Source: a virus
IMG/VR virus record: IMGVR_UViG_3300036981_000255
Coordinates: 1-64,000 of that record
Strand: one strand, 5' to 3'
Length of the DNA: 64,000 nt
How positions within the stretch are numbered: position 1 is the first letter of the stretch; each line of letters opens with the position of its first letter. The translations under genes were made by a program, and so were the position numbers. Below, piece after piece: positions 47,511-58,175 of this stretch. Under the pieces are notes generated by a model. It searched no databases. It was not told the DNA's origin and saw only the letters and a program-made list of their open reading frames with translations.

Positions 47511-48518
47511 TTACAATTTACGTCCACAAACCTTAATATTGACCACATTGTTGCCAATGTTGTGTGCCACAATCAATTCATCAGACCTTCTCACAACAAA
47601 AGGCAATTGAACTATAGAACCATTGACAAAATAATCGTAATCATTTGACGGATTTTGATTGTCATAATATAATTCTAAATCCATTGGAATTTTTATTGTT
47701 TTACTTTTGCCAGTTTTTTTTGTGAATTTGAAATTGAAACATAGGTCACAATCTGCATTTTCAGTTGTAATAACACACTCGTTGGGGTTGGGTTTACCTG
47801 TTTCAATAGCTAACGTTATTTTGTCAACAGAAGATAATTTTTTATAATCTTCTTCACGAAGCAAATACCCTTTGAGTGTCATGGTATAAGTCTTGTGATA
47901 GTAACGTCTTTTGTCAATATTTGAAGTTTCTGATGAATCGTCCATTGATTCCAAATAAAGTGGCATATAATGTCCATTGACTTGAATATAATATTGAGCT
48001 TCTTTGAAATTGTGCAAAACAAGTTCGTCCATTCTATTCAATTCTTCAATAAATCGACAAAAGATATGAATTTTATATCCAACGTCAATATTGACTGGCT
48101 GTGGAATTTGATAATATTCTACTGATGTTTTGCCATTCTTTAGAATGGGTCTTCGCCATAGATTGAAGGTGGGTGTGCTTGGAACGTTGTAGTTTCCTCC
48201 TAAATTCGTACCCTTCTTAGTAGATTCCCGAACAAGCGCAATGAATGGCAGTTTCACAGTGTTTGTATTATCTGTGTTTTGCCAAAGGCTCATGTGTTCT
48301 GCATATCTTTCAATTGAAAAAATGGAAATCGTTGGAATTTTAACACCATTTGAAACAATTTCAAAGCCATTTTCAAAAGCCAATTTTACACATCTATCCA
48401 TATCGTCTAAATGGATACCCTTTGGAAAAAAGGTATCTCCTTTGACAATATTTTTGACAAGTTGTGTTGCTTGTTCTTTACCTTGTAGAATTTGTTTGAC
48501 TTTTATTGTTTTTTTCAT
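47511..48518 (-). CDS. Tail completion / sheath stabilizer-like (neck region) protein
   Basis: LDDMDR, KLPFIALVR, PQPVNIDVGYKI, RRYYHKTYTMTLKGYL; between portal and sheath. Confidence 0.6.
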   Translation of the reverse strand: MKKTIKVKQILQGKEQATQLVKNIVKGDTFFPKGIHLDDMDRCVKLAFENGFEIVSNGVKIPTISIFSIERYAEHMSLWQNTDNTNTVKLPFIALVRESTKKGTNLGGNYNVPSTPTFNLWRRPILKNGKTSVEYYQIPQPVNIDVGYKIHIFCRFIEELNRMDELVLHNFKEAQYYIQVNGHYMPLYLESMDDSSETSNIDKRRYYHKTYTMTLKGYLLREEDYKKLSSVDKITLAIETGKPNPNECVITTENADCDLCFNFKFTKKTGKSKTIKIPMDLELYYDNQNPSNDYDYFVNGSIVQLPFVVRRSDELIVAHNIGNNVVNIKVCGRKL

Positions 48519-48535
48519 TAACGATTAATAAAAAG

Positions 48536-50482
48536 TTACATTTTTTCGATAAATTTTTTCATTTTTTCTATGGCATTTTCAAATAAAACGTCCTTAGATT
48601 TTTCACTTTTACCGTTTGTTTTGATGTTGTCAAAATTTTCAATCAAAAGTGGTTTTTTCTTATTGTGTGATTCAACCTTTTCAGTTGGTTGTTCGGTTGT
48701 TTCTGCTGCGCCCTCTTCTGCCCCTGTATCTGCTCCGCCTTCGCCTTCAGTTCCACCTTCCACGTCTAAACCAAGGTCTGCATCGTCAAATTCACCACCA
48801 ATATCGCTGCCACCCAAATCACCACCGCCTAGTCCACCGCCACCGCCTAGTCCACCGCCACCACCTCCTCCGCCACCACCGCCCAAGTCATCTCCACCAC
48901 CACCACCATCTGTCCCTTCTGTGGATGGTTTGGATATACCCATAGATTCATCACCGTAAAGGCTGATGATGTTATCAAATAAAGTGGTTTTGCTGACAAC
49001 TTCTGGTGCTTTTTCAATTTCTGCCCCTGCTGCTCTTTCCAAATATTGTTGTTCAAAATCAAGCTTGATTTCGTTGTTAGTTTGTCCAAGAATTTCTTTT
49101 TTAGCTTTTGTAACAGACATTGCAGATAAACCGAAACCATTTGCATCTGAAACAGCATTTCTAAAGATATTGATTTGTTTGTCAAGCAAATCCATACGCA
49201 TTATTTCAGATTGGATAGACGGATTGTTCAAAGATAGTTCAAAATTTGACATTTCGTCTTCCAATCCAAGCAATAATAAATGAACTAAAGCAATTTTATT
49301 CAACTCCATGATAACAGATTGTTGAATTCTATTGATTTTTCGTGCAAATCTTATGTCTTGCATGGACAAATTCTTACCTTCACCTGCTGCGTCTTCAAAT
49401 TGTAAAAATGGTTTTGGAATACCTAATGCAGCAAATAATTGATTCAAATCGTATTCAATATCGGCAATATCAGCAATATTTGATGCGCCTTGGATGGTTT
49501 CAATTCTTGTACCTTCATCTTTATCACGAATAGGAATGAAATAATCTTGGTCATATCCCATGACATTAAATTTCAAATCTTCTTGACCAGTATAAGGGTC
49601 AACTTGTTTTGTTCGTTTAAACCTGTCAGTAATTTTGTCCATGAACGCTTCAACATCTGCTGGGTCAATATTACCAACATTGATGTAATAGGCTCTACGG
49701 TCAATCGCTCGAAGTAAACGGAGAGTTCTCATGGCATCTTCCACAAGCAAAAGATTTTTCCAAATTCTTCTGGCTTTTTCTAAAACCGAAACACCATAAG
49801 GAAGTCTTCTGTCATCTACTAAAAGTCTAAAGTGAGCAATTTGATAATATTTAAACTCAACTATGTCTAATGATTTCCAACGAAAAACCGTTTCATTTTC
49901 ATCATAATTAAGGTAACTTTGCATTGGATTTACGCCATCAACTTCTAATCTTTCAACTTCAATTGTTGGCAATTGTCTTGCGCCAGTGATTCCATTATCA
50001 CCATCCATTGACAAATAAACAAAATTATCACCTGTTTTCACCATATTTCTAGTCCACATGAAAAGATTGGTGTGAATATTCAAACGATTGAAAAACAAGT
50101 CTTCCAAGGCTTCTTGAACACGTTTACTTTCGGAATATATGTTGAGAACTTTACCCTTTACGTTTGTTGTTGTTGATTCTTCTGCTAAAATGTCTAAAGC
50201 TTGCCCAATAATTGGATAATGTTCCATCAAATCATAATCAAGATAAGATGGATAACGTTGAGTTTCATAAACCAATGACTTATTATGAATATGTCTTGAG
50301 ACTTTTTTCCATTGAGCTTGAAAGAACTTCTCTTGTTGTTTTTCAAGTTTTTTGGTTTCATATTCAGCTCTATTGGTTGTCCTTAGAATTTCTTTCGGTT
50401 GACTTGAATCATATCTCCCAATAGCTTTATCAGTTTTGAAATAATTTGTAAGGCTATTGAATTTTGTGAATATTGTTGACAT
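48536..50482 (-). CDS. Portal protein (gp20-like)
   Basis: IAHFRL...PYGVSVLEKARRIWKNLLLVEDAM...R..YYINVGNI, DYFIP.R, LFAALGIPKPFL; Gly-rich C-terminal linker. Confidence 0.92.
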   Translation of the reverse strand: MSTIFTKFNSLTNYFKTDKAIGRYDSSQPKEILRTTNRAEYETKKLEKQQEKFFQAQWKKVSRHIHNKSLVYETQRYPSYLDYDLMEHYPIIGQALDILAEESTTTNVKGKVLNIYSESKRVQEALEDLFFNRLNIHTNLFMWTRNMVKTGDNFVYLSMDGDNGITGARQLPTIEVERLEVDGVNPMQSYLNYDENETVFRWKSLDIVEFKYYQIAHFRLLVDDRRLPYGVSVLEKARRIWKNLLLVEDAMRTLRLLRAIDRRAYYINVGNIDPADVEAFMDKITDRFKRTKQVDPYTGQEDLKFNVMGYDQDYFIPIRDKDEGTRIETIQGASNIADIADIEYDLNQLFAALGIPKPFLQFEDAAGEGKNLSMQDIRFARKINRIQQSVIMELNKIALVHLLLLGLEDEMSNFELSLNNPSIQSEIMRMDLLDKQINIFRNAVSDANGFGLSAMSVTKAKKEILGQTNNEIKLDFEQQYLERAAGAEIEKAPEVVSKTTLFDNIISLYGDESMGISKPSTEGTDGGGGGDDLGGGGGGGGGGGLGGGGGLGGGDLGGSDIGGEFDDADLGLDVEGGTEGEGGADTGAEEGAAETTEQPTEKVESHNKKKPLLIENFDNIKTNGKSEKSKDVLFENAIEKMKKFIEKM

Positions 50483-50488
50483 TTATTA

Positions 50489-52276
50489 TTATGGTTTACA
50501 GACGAATGTATCTCTATGTCTATTGTATTTTTGTTTTTCGATATTCCAATTGCATTGTATCTCACTGAAACAAAGTGGTCTATCGTGTAATCTAAAGGCT
50601 GCGATTCCCCCAATGAAAGAGCCAGCAAAATTTTCTTCTAGTGTGCCACATTTTCCTTGGTGTGGTAATACTTCGTAGCATCTGATTTTGCATACGCCTA
50701 AAGAACCACCATTAGAATATAATAAATTGTTTATGACACTTAAAGAGCCATTGATTTCAATTTTTAAAGTCGTCCGATTATTAAATTGAGACCCAAAGAC
50801 GTTTATTTTCCCTAATCTACGTGGAATGTGCATTTCAAGCCACATTTGTATCAATTCTGGTTCTGCAACTGATAATGGTGGACTTATAAAAGTTTCTCCA
50901 TCTACAACTATTCCACCGAATTGGCAAGGGCTTACTAGACTTGTCACGTAATCACAAACAGTGTATCCGCTTGCATCAAAATATAAAGCATCACCACTTG
51001 GAATTACTTCTAACAAACCTTGTGTTCCACCACCAATACTGATATTGTATGGGACTGCCAATTGTTTATCTCGATGTTCGTCTAATGGATATGGTTGGAA
51101 GTCTGGAAAGTCGTCTATTTTGAGCTTTAAAAAGCCATCTACAAAAATACACAAAGTTCCAAGTCTGCCCTTTATAATGCAATCGCTTTTGACATAAGGT
51201 TCAAATCTATATACAATATAATGCCATTTGCCATTTTCTATAATGTCTTGTGCAGAATAGAACTCTTCAATTATCGGTGTTCCAGAATATTGAATTGTTC
51301 CATCTGTCATTGTCATACATTCTCCCGAAGTGGTCAAAATTCGTACTCCAATAGCTCCTTCGTCATCAATTCTAAAAGCCATTGCATTGTTTAAAAGTCC
51401 ATTGCAACAATCATCAATTGTGGCAGTAGGATTTGGCTGCGGTTGACACAACATTTTGCGATTATAGTATAAAAAAGGGTTGATAGACGGCTGAAAGTCG
51501 TTCACTTCAAGTTCTGGACTTAAAGGTATTCCTGTACAGGTTGTCATTCCTGAAAGTGGACTGAATAGACAAAACTTATTTTCGGCTCTTAACCCCCAAT
51601 AATAGAAAATATTGTCATTCTCTGGATATACTTCATTCAATTGAGGTTTGGTAGGACAGGTGTCGCCACTTAAAACATCCAATGACCATATTTCAGTTAC
51701 CTCGGTCTGACCTGTTCCATTTGGCTCATAATAAACGCTTTCTCCTGTGATTGTAACTGTAAAGCCCGATGGACATTCATCACGTTTCAACCAAAACTCT
51801 TTAGTCCAACCAATTGGATAATAATTCGGTAAAACTTCAAAGTCGTATTCGTGCAATTTATAAAAACCTTGAAAAAAACCACCGCAAAAATGAACATGCT
51901 CTGGAATTGTTGAAGTTGCAAGGACATGATTCATTTCATAACAAAAAGTGTCACCAGATACTCGCTTAATACAAAACGCTGTGCTTCCAGAAGGATTGTA
52001 TGTTTCACCTGTAAAATTATCAACAAATCTGTTATCAACGCCTGTTAGACCAATATCGCATAAATCAGCGTTAAAACTTACAGCATCCTCCCATTGGATA
52101 TTACTACACATTCCACTGATATTAGTAAAATCAAAAGATGTTATAACATCGCCTGACACTAAAATATCACAATTGTAACATTGTACATTGTCCATTGATA
52201 GTTGTAAATCCCAATAATTTGACTTATTTAACTTCAAATCGAAGATGTTATTGTAATTCTTACGAATATTGCTCAT
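50489..52276 (-). CDS. Cys-rich virion protein with a LamG/ConA-like domain
   Basis: GKWHYIVY...IFVDG...ISIGGG...FIGGIAAFRLHDRPL. Confidence 0.65.
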   Translation of the reverse strand: MSNIRKNYNNIFDLKLNKSNYWDLQLSMDNVQCYNCDILVSGDVITSFDFTNISGMCSNIQWEDAVSFNADLCDIGLTGVDNRFVDNFTGETYNPSGSTAFCIKRVSGDTFCYEMNHVLATSTIPEHVHFCGGFFQGFYKLHEYDFEVLPNYYPIGWTKEFWLKRDECPSGFTVTITGESVYYEPNGTGQTEVTEIWSLDVLSGDTCPTKPQLNEVYPENDNIFYYWGLRAENKFCLFSPLSGMTTCTGIPLSPELEVNDFQPSINPFLYYNRKMLCQPQPNPTATIDDCCNGLLNNAMAFRIDDEGAIGVRILTTSGECMTMTDGTIQYSGTPIIEEFYSAQDIIENGKWHYIVYRFEPYVKSDCIIKGRLGTLCIFVDGFLKLKIDDFPDFQPYPLDEHRDKQLAVPYNISIGGGTQGLLEVIPSGDALYFDASGYTVCDYVTSLVSPCQFGGIVVDGETFISPPLSVAEPELIQMWLEMHIPRRLGKINVFGSQFNNRTTLKIEINGSLSVINNLLYSNGGSLGVCKIRCYEVLPHQGKCGTLEENFAGSFIGGIAAFRLHDRPLCFSEIQCNWNIEKQKYNRHRDTFVCKP

Positions 52277-52363
52277 TAATCGGTTTTCATTTTTCTATAA
52301 ATAGTTTTCATTATTCTAAATATTACTTGTGTTGGCAAATATTTATAATCAAAACAATCAGTA

Positions 52364-52900
52364 ATGAAAAACCGTAAAATATATCTAAGTGAATCACAAA
52401 TCAAAGGCTTAAAATCAATAGGATTGCAAGAAATAATTGATGCAGATGGCTCTCTAATAAGTGGCGATGAAATTTCTAACGAAAAAACCATTAAAACCAA
52501 CACTATAAAACCCGATGGACGACCACAAACATCTGATGATTTTGCTAAAGAAACAGGTAAGCAATCTGACATGTATTTGAATCGTTATGGTTTTTCAATT
52601 ACAGAAGGTGAAGATGCGTTGACAGAAGCAGACGACTTTGTATCTAATAATGCAAAACCGAGTGGATTCATGGATAAAAATTCAAAAATCCCTGAAACTA
52701 CTGAATTATCAAAAAGTTATAAAAAACCCGATATTCAAAGCTCTTTGAATGATTTGATACGCAAAATAACTCAAAATTCAATTGAAAAGGAATTGCAACA
52801 AGATATTAACGCAATTGTATTGAAAGGGTTGCTATCATCTGTTAATTTTAGTAATATGAAACCACAACACAAAAAAGAAATCCAAAATATGTTAAAATAA
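52364..52900 (+). CDS. Hypothetical late protein with IxLxESQ leader
   Basis: KIYLSESQ; TATTTATA at 52340. Confidence 0.75.
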   Translation: MKNRKIYLSESQIKGLKSIGLQEIIDADGSLISGDEISNEKTIKTNTIKPDGRPQTSDDFAKETGKQSDMYLNRYGFSITEGEDALTEADDFVSNNAKPSGFMDKNSKIPETTELSKSYKKPDIQSSLNDLIRKITQNSIEKELQQDINAIVLKGLLSSVNFSNMKPQHKKEIQNMLK

Positions 52901-53907
52901 TGGCAAATAGCGATTTGGTTGGAAAAATGTGGAAAATTCCAAGTCCATATTTATCAAAATTAAGAGAAAAATTGAACAATCATCAAGGTGATAAACACGT
53001 TGAAGGGTACACTCGACTTCAAAATCTTTTGCAAAGTGGTAAAATATCTTACGAGAATTTGAAGAATGTGAAACACATTCTGGACAAGAATATAAAAAAT
53101 GAAACTATCTACGAATTAAATGGCGGTAAAGATTTTCACCGATGGATTAACGACCAACTATCAGTTGCAAGAAATAGTATTGAAAGCGGAAAGAAAATTC
53201 AGAAAGATGTTGGAAATCAGAACGCATACAAGAAACCTCACGAAAAAGATTCAACAAACAAAGGGAAAGTTCGTACAGCAAGACTCGACAAATCTACAAG
53301 TTCAAAAGACATTTATAACAATAATGTGAACTATGAATCTGTTCAAAGGTCATCTATTAAAATTGTAATATCTGAAAGTCAATATCGTCAACTTTTCCAA
53401 GAATCAAATGATATTCCAATTAGCCCATCAGTTATTAACGAAATATTGAAAGGTTATATTCAAGCTGCGCTATGGCTTGAAAAGGAAAGATTGGAGGAAG
53501 ATTTTAATTCTATCATGGGTTATGACGATGAAGATGACTATGACTATGAAGAATCCGAAGAGACTAATGAACTTCAAAAGTTGATTAAAATGTCAGCAGA
53601 TATCAATAAAAAATCTTTTGATAGTTTTATGGCACAGGATATGGATTCAAATTCAAAAATTCAAGCCTATTTGGACATTAAAGATTTTATAAAATCTGCT
53701 GGAATGGATGCAATCAACGAAGTTTTAGAAACAGACGGAGCAAATGACTTAGGAATGGATATTTGGCTCACAAGAAATCGTCATGGTGCAGGTTTTTTTG
53801 ACCGAACTTACGACCATGAATCGGAATTAATGGATGCAGCTCATAAATTAGGCGAAGTTGACCTATATATTGGGGACGATTTGTTATTATATTTTAGCAA
53901 TATTTAG
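52900..53907 (+). CDS. Two-domain hypothetical protein with an internal IVISESQY motif
   Basis: C-terminal LGMDIWLTRNRHGAGFFDR domain. Confidence 0.75.
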   Translation: MANSDLVGKMWKIPSPYLSKLREKLNNHQGDKHVEGYTRLQNLLQSGKISYENLKNVKHILDKNIKNETIYELNGGKDFHRWINDQLSVARNSIESGKKIQKDVGNQNAYKKPHEKDSTNKGKVRTARLDKSTSSKDIYNNNVNYESVQRSSIKIVISESQYRQLFQESNDIPISPSVINEILKGYIQAALWLEKERLEEDFNSIMGYDDEDDYDYEESEETNELQKLIKMSADINKKSFDSFMAQDMDSNSKIQAYLDIKDFIKSAGMDAINEVLETDGANDLGMDIWLTRNRHGAGFFDRTYDHESELMDAAHKLGEVDLYIGDDLLLYFSNI

Positions 53908-53910
53908 AAA

Positions 53911-54513
53911 ATGAAAATAATATTAACCGAAAATCAATATAATTCACTATTCAACGAAATCTATTTTTCCACTTTCAGTGAAAACCAACAAACGCCAGTA
54001 AACTGTGATTGCTGTCAATATTTTGATTTTGAATCTTTGATGCAATATGGTGGCTTCGAGCATCCCATTTATTATCTTATCAATAAACGTGAGACTAATG
54101 ACCTTCAATTCATGTCTCCTGATGATTATATAAAATCCATTGCCAAAGCATCAAACCTTTCGACTTCTGAAATAGTAAATTCAAATGTTGTTTTTCAACA
54201 AAAAATAGATAAATATGCCGAGTTGATGCGAAACGGCACTAAGTTCCCTATCGGTTTTTATACAATTGGTAAATCTTATCAAGAAGGTCGTCATCGAACC
54301 TTGGCAGCAAAACAAATTGGTTGTTTATCAATACCTATGGTAAGGATTGTAAAAAATATTTCAACAAAAGATGTTGAGAAAGTCGTAAGAGGTTTGATTG
54401 GAAAGTCAAGAGAAGTGGTCAATCAAATGTATGTCGATAAGGGCTTTAAAGGGATTACAGATTTGGATTGGCGAGAATTAAACAATTATCAAAAATATTA
54501 CTTAAATCAATAA
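53911..54513 (+). CDS. ParB/Srx-like domain protein with IILTENQY leader
   Basis: KYAELMRNGTKFP...QEGRHR. Confidence 0.6.
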   Translation: MKIILTENQYNSLFNEIYFSTFSENQQTPVNCDCCQYFDFESLMQYGGFEHPIYYLINKRETNDLQFMSPDDYIKSIAKASNLSTSEIVNSNVVFQQKIDKYAELMRNGTKFPIGFYTIGKSYQEGRHRTLAAKQIGCLSIPMVRIVKNISTKDVEKVVRGLIGKSREVVNQMYVDKGFKGITDLDWRELNNYQKYYLNQ

Positions 54514-54515
54514 AA

Positions 54516-54989
54516 ATGAAAATATTTCTGAACGAAAGTCAATATAAAGTGTTATTTGAAAATTCTGCAACTAAAACAAAACTCAAAGGTTTAAAACCTA
54601 TGGGAGTTTATATGAAAGCAGCATTTGATTCTGGGTATGATGAAGAATCAATGGCAAAAATGCAAATCAATAGATTTTTGAGCCGTCTAACAAATTTGCC
54701 AGAAGTTGTAACGTTATATCGAGTTGTTTTTGTTGATGATGAATCAAAGATTGACCATGTAAACATTGGTGAACATTATGGTGTCAATGAGCGAAACCTT
54801 TTAGCAAGCCATTACAGACAATCACACGTTGGAGGTGGAAAACCATTCTTGTTAACAGTCAAAGCAGATAGAAATCTTGTGAATTTCCATGAAACTCTTT
54901 TGAATAATATCATCTATCCACATGAAAACGAGATTACTTTGAAGAACAATGGACGTGGTGCAAATATTGTGAAAATTAAACCGTTGTAA
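54516..54989 (+). CDS. Possible ADP-ribosyltransferase-like protein with IFLNESQY leader
   Basis: TLYRVV...GEHY...PHENEI (R...ExE pattern). Confidence 0.45.
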   Translation: MKIFLNESQYKVLFENSATKTKLKGLKPMGVYMKAAFDSGYDEESMAKMQINRFLSRLTNLPEVVTLYRVVFVDDESKIDHVNIGEHYGVNERNLLASHYRQSHVGGGKPFLLTVKADRNLVNFHETLLNNIIYPHENEITLKNNGRGANIVKIKPL

Positions 54990-54990
54990 A

Positions 54991-56217
54991 TCAACCAATT
55001 CTAATATTTAAGTCTAACAAAGATTCCATATTAAAATTCAAAAGTTTTTTCACCATATCATCTTGTGATGTTGGAAGTCCGTGGTATGGATGAACATGGT
55101 TTGCAATGACGTTCTTTAGAAGATTCAAAAAATCCACAAGATTATCACCATAAACCATTGGATGTGCAGTAGAGTTGATTTCTAATTGCGTTGCATCATC
55201 AATTTGCTTCTCTGGGTCTGTTAAGTTATAGTTTTTTGCGCTTTTATGTGACAGAAGATTTAATTTTTCTGCCACAAGATTCATCACAGAACCTGCGAAT
55301 TGGTCATATTCATTGGCTTTTTTATCTTCTACTTGTTGTTTGACAATCTTTTGATTGTTAGGGAAAATCGTTGGCTCACTTGCAAGTTCTTGCTCGGATG
55401 TGTTCAAATTCCATTTAACGTATGTGCGTTGAAAGTCTTTAATTTTTCTCTTAGTTGCACTAATCAATTCCTCACGACTTGCATAACCTTGATTGAAATT
55501 TTCTTCAATAAAATTGTCAGATAGGCGAATGACTTTAATCATCAGACGATTTTGACTGTCACTTGTGATGTTAATGTTATGGGTCGCAGGAATATTTTCA
55601 ACCTTTGTGATTGTTTTGAAAGTCTTTTGATTGGATGCGTTTTCAATTCCATAACGCATTTGAATAAAAACAGGGTCTTTACGATTGAATGAGGTTGGTT
55701 TATCCTTTTCATGCTTACCTGCTCGAATCAAAACCTCACTATCTTTGAAAATTAAGTCTGTATTTTTACGTCCCTGCAACCCAATTTGGTCTTTGGTGAG
55801 ATATGTACCTTTAGCAGTTGGAATTTCTGAAATTGGCGTTCCACGTTCTACCCAACCATCAGACTCGTTAGATGTTGCTGTGTAATAGAATGGGTCAAAG
55901 TCAAGATTTTCAATTTGAGAAATGGTGATAGCAAGATAATAACGCTTCTCTTGATTTGTTGTTTTATCAGCATTATAGATTCTATCTAAGACAACGGCAA
56001 CTCTTTCCCCAACTTTAGGAACAAAATGCAAAAATGGGCTTGTTAATGGATAACAAGGTGGCAAATCAGCATTCTCTACCCTTTTGTCAAAGTCTGGAAT
56101 CCGAACTTTGATTTGTCTTGTCTCATAAGGGTCTGTAATGTCAACAACTTCACCGAAATATATAATCCTTTCTGAAAGTTGAACATCATTAGGTGAAAAG
56201 GAATCTGGTCTGCCCAT
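54991..56217 (-). CDS. gp5/VgrG-like baseplate spike protein
   Basis: GEVVDITDP...IKVRIP...PKVGERV OB-fold; C-terminal NHVHPYHG. Confidence 0.8.
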   Translation of the reverse strand: MGRPDSFSPNDVQLSERIIYFGEVVDITDPYETRQIKVRIPDFDKRVENADLPPCYPLTSPFLHFVPKVGERVAVVLDRIYNADKTTNQEKRYYLAITISQIENLDFDPFYYTATSNESDGWVERGTPISEIPTAKGTYLTKDQIGLQGRKNTDLIFKDSEVLIRAGKHEKDKPTSFNRKDPVFIQMRYGIENASNQKTFKTITKVENIPATHNINITSDSQNRLMIKVIRLSDNFIEENFNQGYASREELISATKRKIKDFQRTYVKWNLNTSEQELASEPTIFPNNQKIVKQQVEDKKANEYDQFAGSVMNLVAEKLNLLSHKSAKNYNLTDPEKQIDDATQLEINSTAHPMVYGDNLVDFLNLLKNVIANHVHPYHGLPTSQDDMVKKLLNFNMESLLDLNIRIG

Positions 56218-56230
56218 TGTTGTAAATACT

Positions 56231-56446
56231 TTAGTAATAATATCTTAAATCTATCTTCAAACCGTCCAATCTATGAATAAATTCACTTGTCAACAACCGT
56301 TCTTTAAAAAAGACTGTATTTTTAGTGCCATCCTTAAATTTAACAGATGGCACTCTGTTGTCAAATTCTTTTGAAACTTTTTCTATTTCGGCTTCAACTG
56401 TTTCGATAGAGATAAAACCGAATTTAAGCATTATTTTTTTAAACAT
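56231..56446 (-). CDS. Hypothetical protein
   Basis: 71-aa ORF. Confidence 0.6.
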   Translation of the reverse strand: MFKKIMLKFGFISIETVEAEIEKVSKEFDNRVPSVKFKDGTKNTVFFKERLLTSEFIHRLDGLKIDLRYYY

Positions 56447-56636
56447 GACTTATGTTTTTATTTTAGCTATTTACTATACTTCCATTTAAGGTATTCTTCA
56501 CGTGTTTCAAAGCCATTATCTTTAGCTTCTTGAACCAGTAATCTGTCTAAGAAATCTCTACATATTAAACTAGCCCTTGGTCTAATCCCAATCGGAAATT
56601 GTGGTGTTGGCGGTGTCACATTTTGTTCCATAATAA

Positions 56637-56852
56637 TTAATTCAAGTTAGGTTTCAAAATAGCATCAATAGACTTCAAAACGTCTTTTGACCTTTCAACG
56701 TTTTCGTTTGATGCGAAGCCATTATCTACAAATTTTTGTAGATAATTGAGCAGCATTTGTTGTTGGATTTTCCATTCTTCTAATTCTCCGACATTTAGTA
56801 GTTGGATTGTCTCATTTATCTCGTTTGAGATTTCCTCTTCTTCGCTAATCAT
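56637..56852 (-). CDS. Hypothetical protein
   Basis: 71-aa ORF, ATGA overlap. Confidence 0.65.
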   Translation of the reverse strand: MISEEEEISNEINETIQLLNVGELEEWKIQQQMLLNYLQKFVDNGFASNENVERSKDVLKSIDAILKPNLN

Positions 56853-57133
56853 AATTGTTTGTTTATTTCATTATATAAAGCTGCTTTTTCTTTGACTTTC
56901 GAAATTTCTTCTATTTCAAACTCATCTGACCCTCCAAATAATGGGTATTTTGTATATAAAATCTTCCCTACTCCGTCTACTACGAATTGGATACTCCCAA
57001 GACACATCCCAACAGTGAAACTCTTAACAGTTTTAAATACGTCATAGATTTTCCCTTGTTTATCATAAGCAATTAAATCTTCACATTTTTCAATGTCTTG
57101 TAATTGACCGTTGATTTCTACTTGTTTTTTCAC
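56849..57133 (-). CDS. Hypothetical protein
   Basis: 94-aa ORF after a GGAACT cassette. Confidence 0.65.
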   Translation of the reverse strand: MKKQVEINGQLQDIEKCEDLIAYDKQGKIYDVFKTVKSFTVGMCLGSIQFVVDGVGKILYTKYPLFGGSDEFEIEEISKVKEKAALYNEINKQL

Positions 57134-57187
57134 TTTATTAAAATTTAATGATTAAAAAATAAACCTTTCATAAGATTCTAAAACTAG

Positions 57188-57213
57188 AACCAAAAGATTT
57201 TCAATAAAGTTCC
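57188..57213 (-). promoter_or_regulatory. GGAACT-N17-GTT promoter motif
   Basis: Part of a cassette shared with 61545-61606. Confidence 0.7.
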
Positions 57214-57214
57214 T

Positions 57215-57757
57215 TTAGATAAAATCTTTTTCATCGACATAAGAATAATCTATTGATGTTTTTAATTGTGGTAAGCCAACATTTAATGCTGATACAACTC
57301 TATGATGACCATCTGTAACAACCCAAGCATATCTTCCTAAATCATCTTCTGTTATTTTTTCACCACTCAAAAAATATTTAAACCTTTCAATGTCACCTTC
57401 ATCAATAATGATAGGGTAGCCTTTTATTGGTGGGAAGTCATGCTCCATCATTTTTAATCTCATTTCATCAGAATATTTTTCTATTTTATCAGATGAAATG
57501 GGATTGGCAAAAGCAGATATTACATAATCTGGTGAAATCCATCCTCTGTTTTTTAAAGGTTCGTCAAATGTTGGCTCATCAGTTTTTTTCACTAAACTTT
57601 TATGTATCCAAGAACCTTTAGGAAAATTATTATTTTTAAAAAAATATTGGGTATCCGTTTTATCTAAAATCTTACCGTAATTGGTATTATCTCCAATATT
57701 TGCGTTTTCGTTCAAATATTCTCTTATAGTGGTCGCTACAAACTTTCTTAGTCCCAT
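57215..57757 (-). CDS. ParB/Srx-like domain protein with LRKF...EYLNE leader
   Basis: DFPPI...VTDGHHRV; TATTTATA upstream. Confidence 0.7.
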   Translation of the reverse strand: MGLRKFVATTIREYLNENANIGDNTNYGKILDKTDTQYFFKNNNFPKGSWIHKSLVKKTDEPTFDEPLKNRGWISPDYVISAFANPISSDKIEKYSDEMRLKMMEHDFPPIKGYPIIIDEGDIERFKYFLSGEKITEDDLGRYAWVVTDGHHRVVSALNVGLPQLKTSIDYSYVDEKDFI

Positions 57758-57785
57758 ATTTATTCAATTTATTATAAATATTGAA

Positions 57786-58175
57786 CTAACTAATAACACC
57801 AGTTCCAGTAGCAAAATTAATGGTTGCGCCTTGCACTACAACAGAACCGACAGGACACACCCCTGTGGCTGTTAGCGGAATACCTGCTGGAATTACAATT
57901 GTTAATCTAGCGTCTTCAAGGATAGCTCTGACGATTTCTTCAATACGAATGCGTTCCATTTTTTCTGTAACGCTTTCAGAGCCATCTGGTAAGTTGCCAA
58001 TAGGCGCACCAGCTTCTTGTTGCCTTGTGATAATTTTTTTAGCAATGCTTCTTGCAGACAATCCAACACGACTAAAGCCACCACTTAAAATCAAAGGTGG
58101 TGGCACAGGAAGGGCTGACGATGTGTTTGTTGCGATTACCGCTTGTACGATTTGTACTATTTCTTCGGTTGTCAT
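57786..58175 (-). CDS. Small baseplate / spike-associated structural protein
   Basis: Pro/Gly-rich, beta-rich C-terminus, near the gp5-like gene. Confidence 0.5.
   Translation of the reverse strand: MTTEEIVQIVQAVIATNTSSALPVPPPLILSGGFSRVGLSARSIAKKIITRQQEAGAPIGNLPDGSESVTEKMERIRIEEIVRAILEDARLTIVIPAGIPLTATGVCPVGSVVVQGATINFATGTGVIS

Noticed and set aside
48570-48959. Pro-rich plus-strand ORF and GC-rich repeat
   Set aside because: Antisense shadow of the portal's Gly-rich linker.
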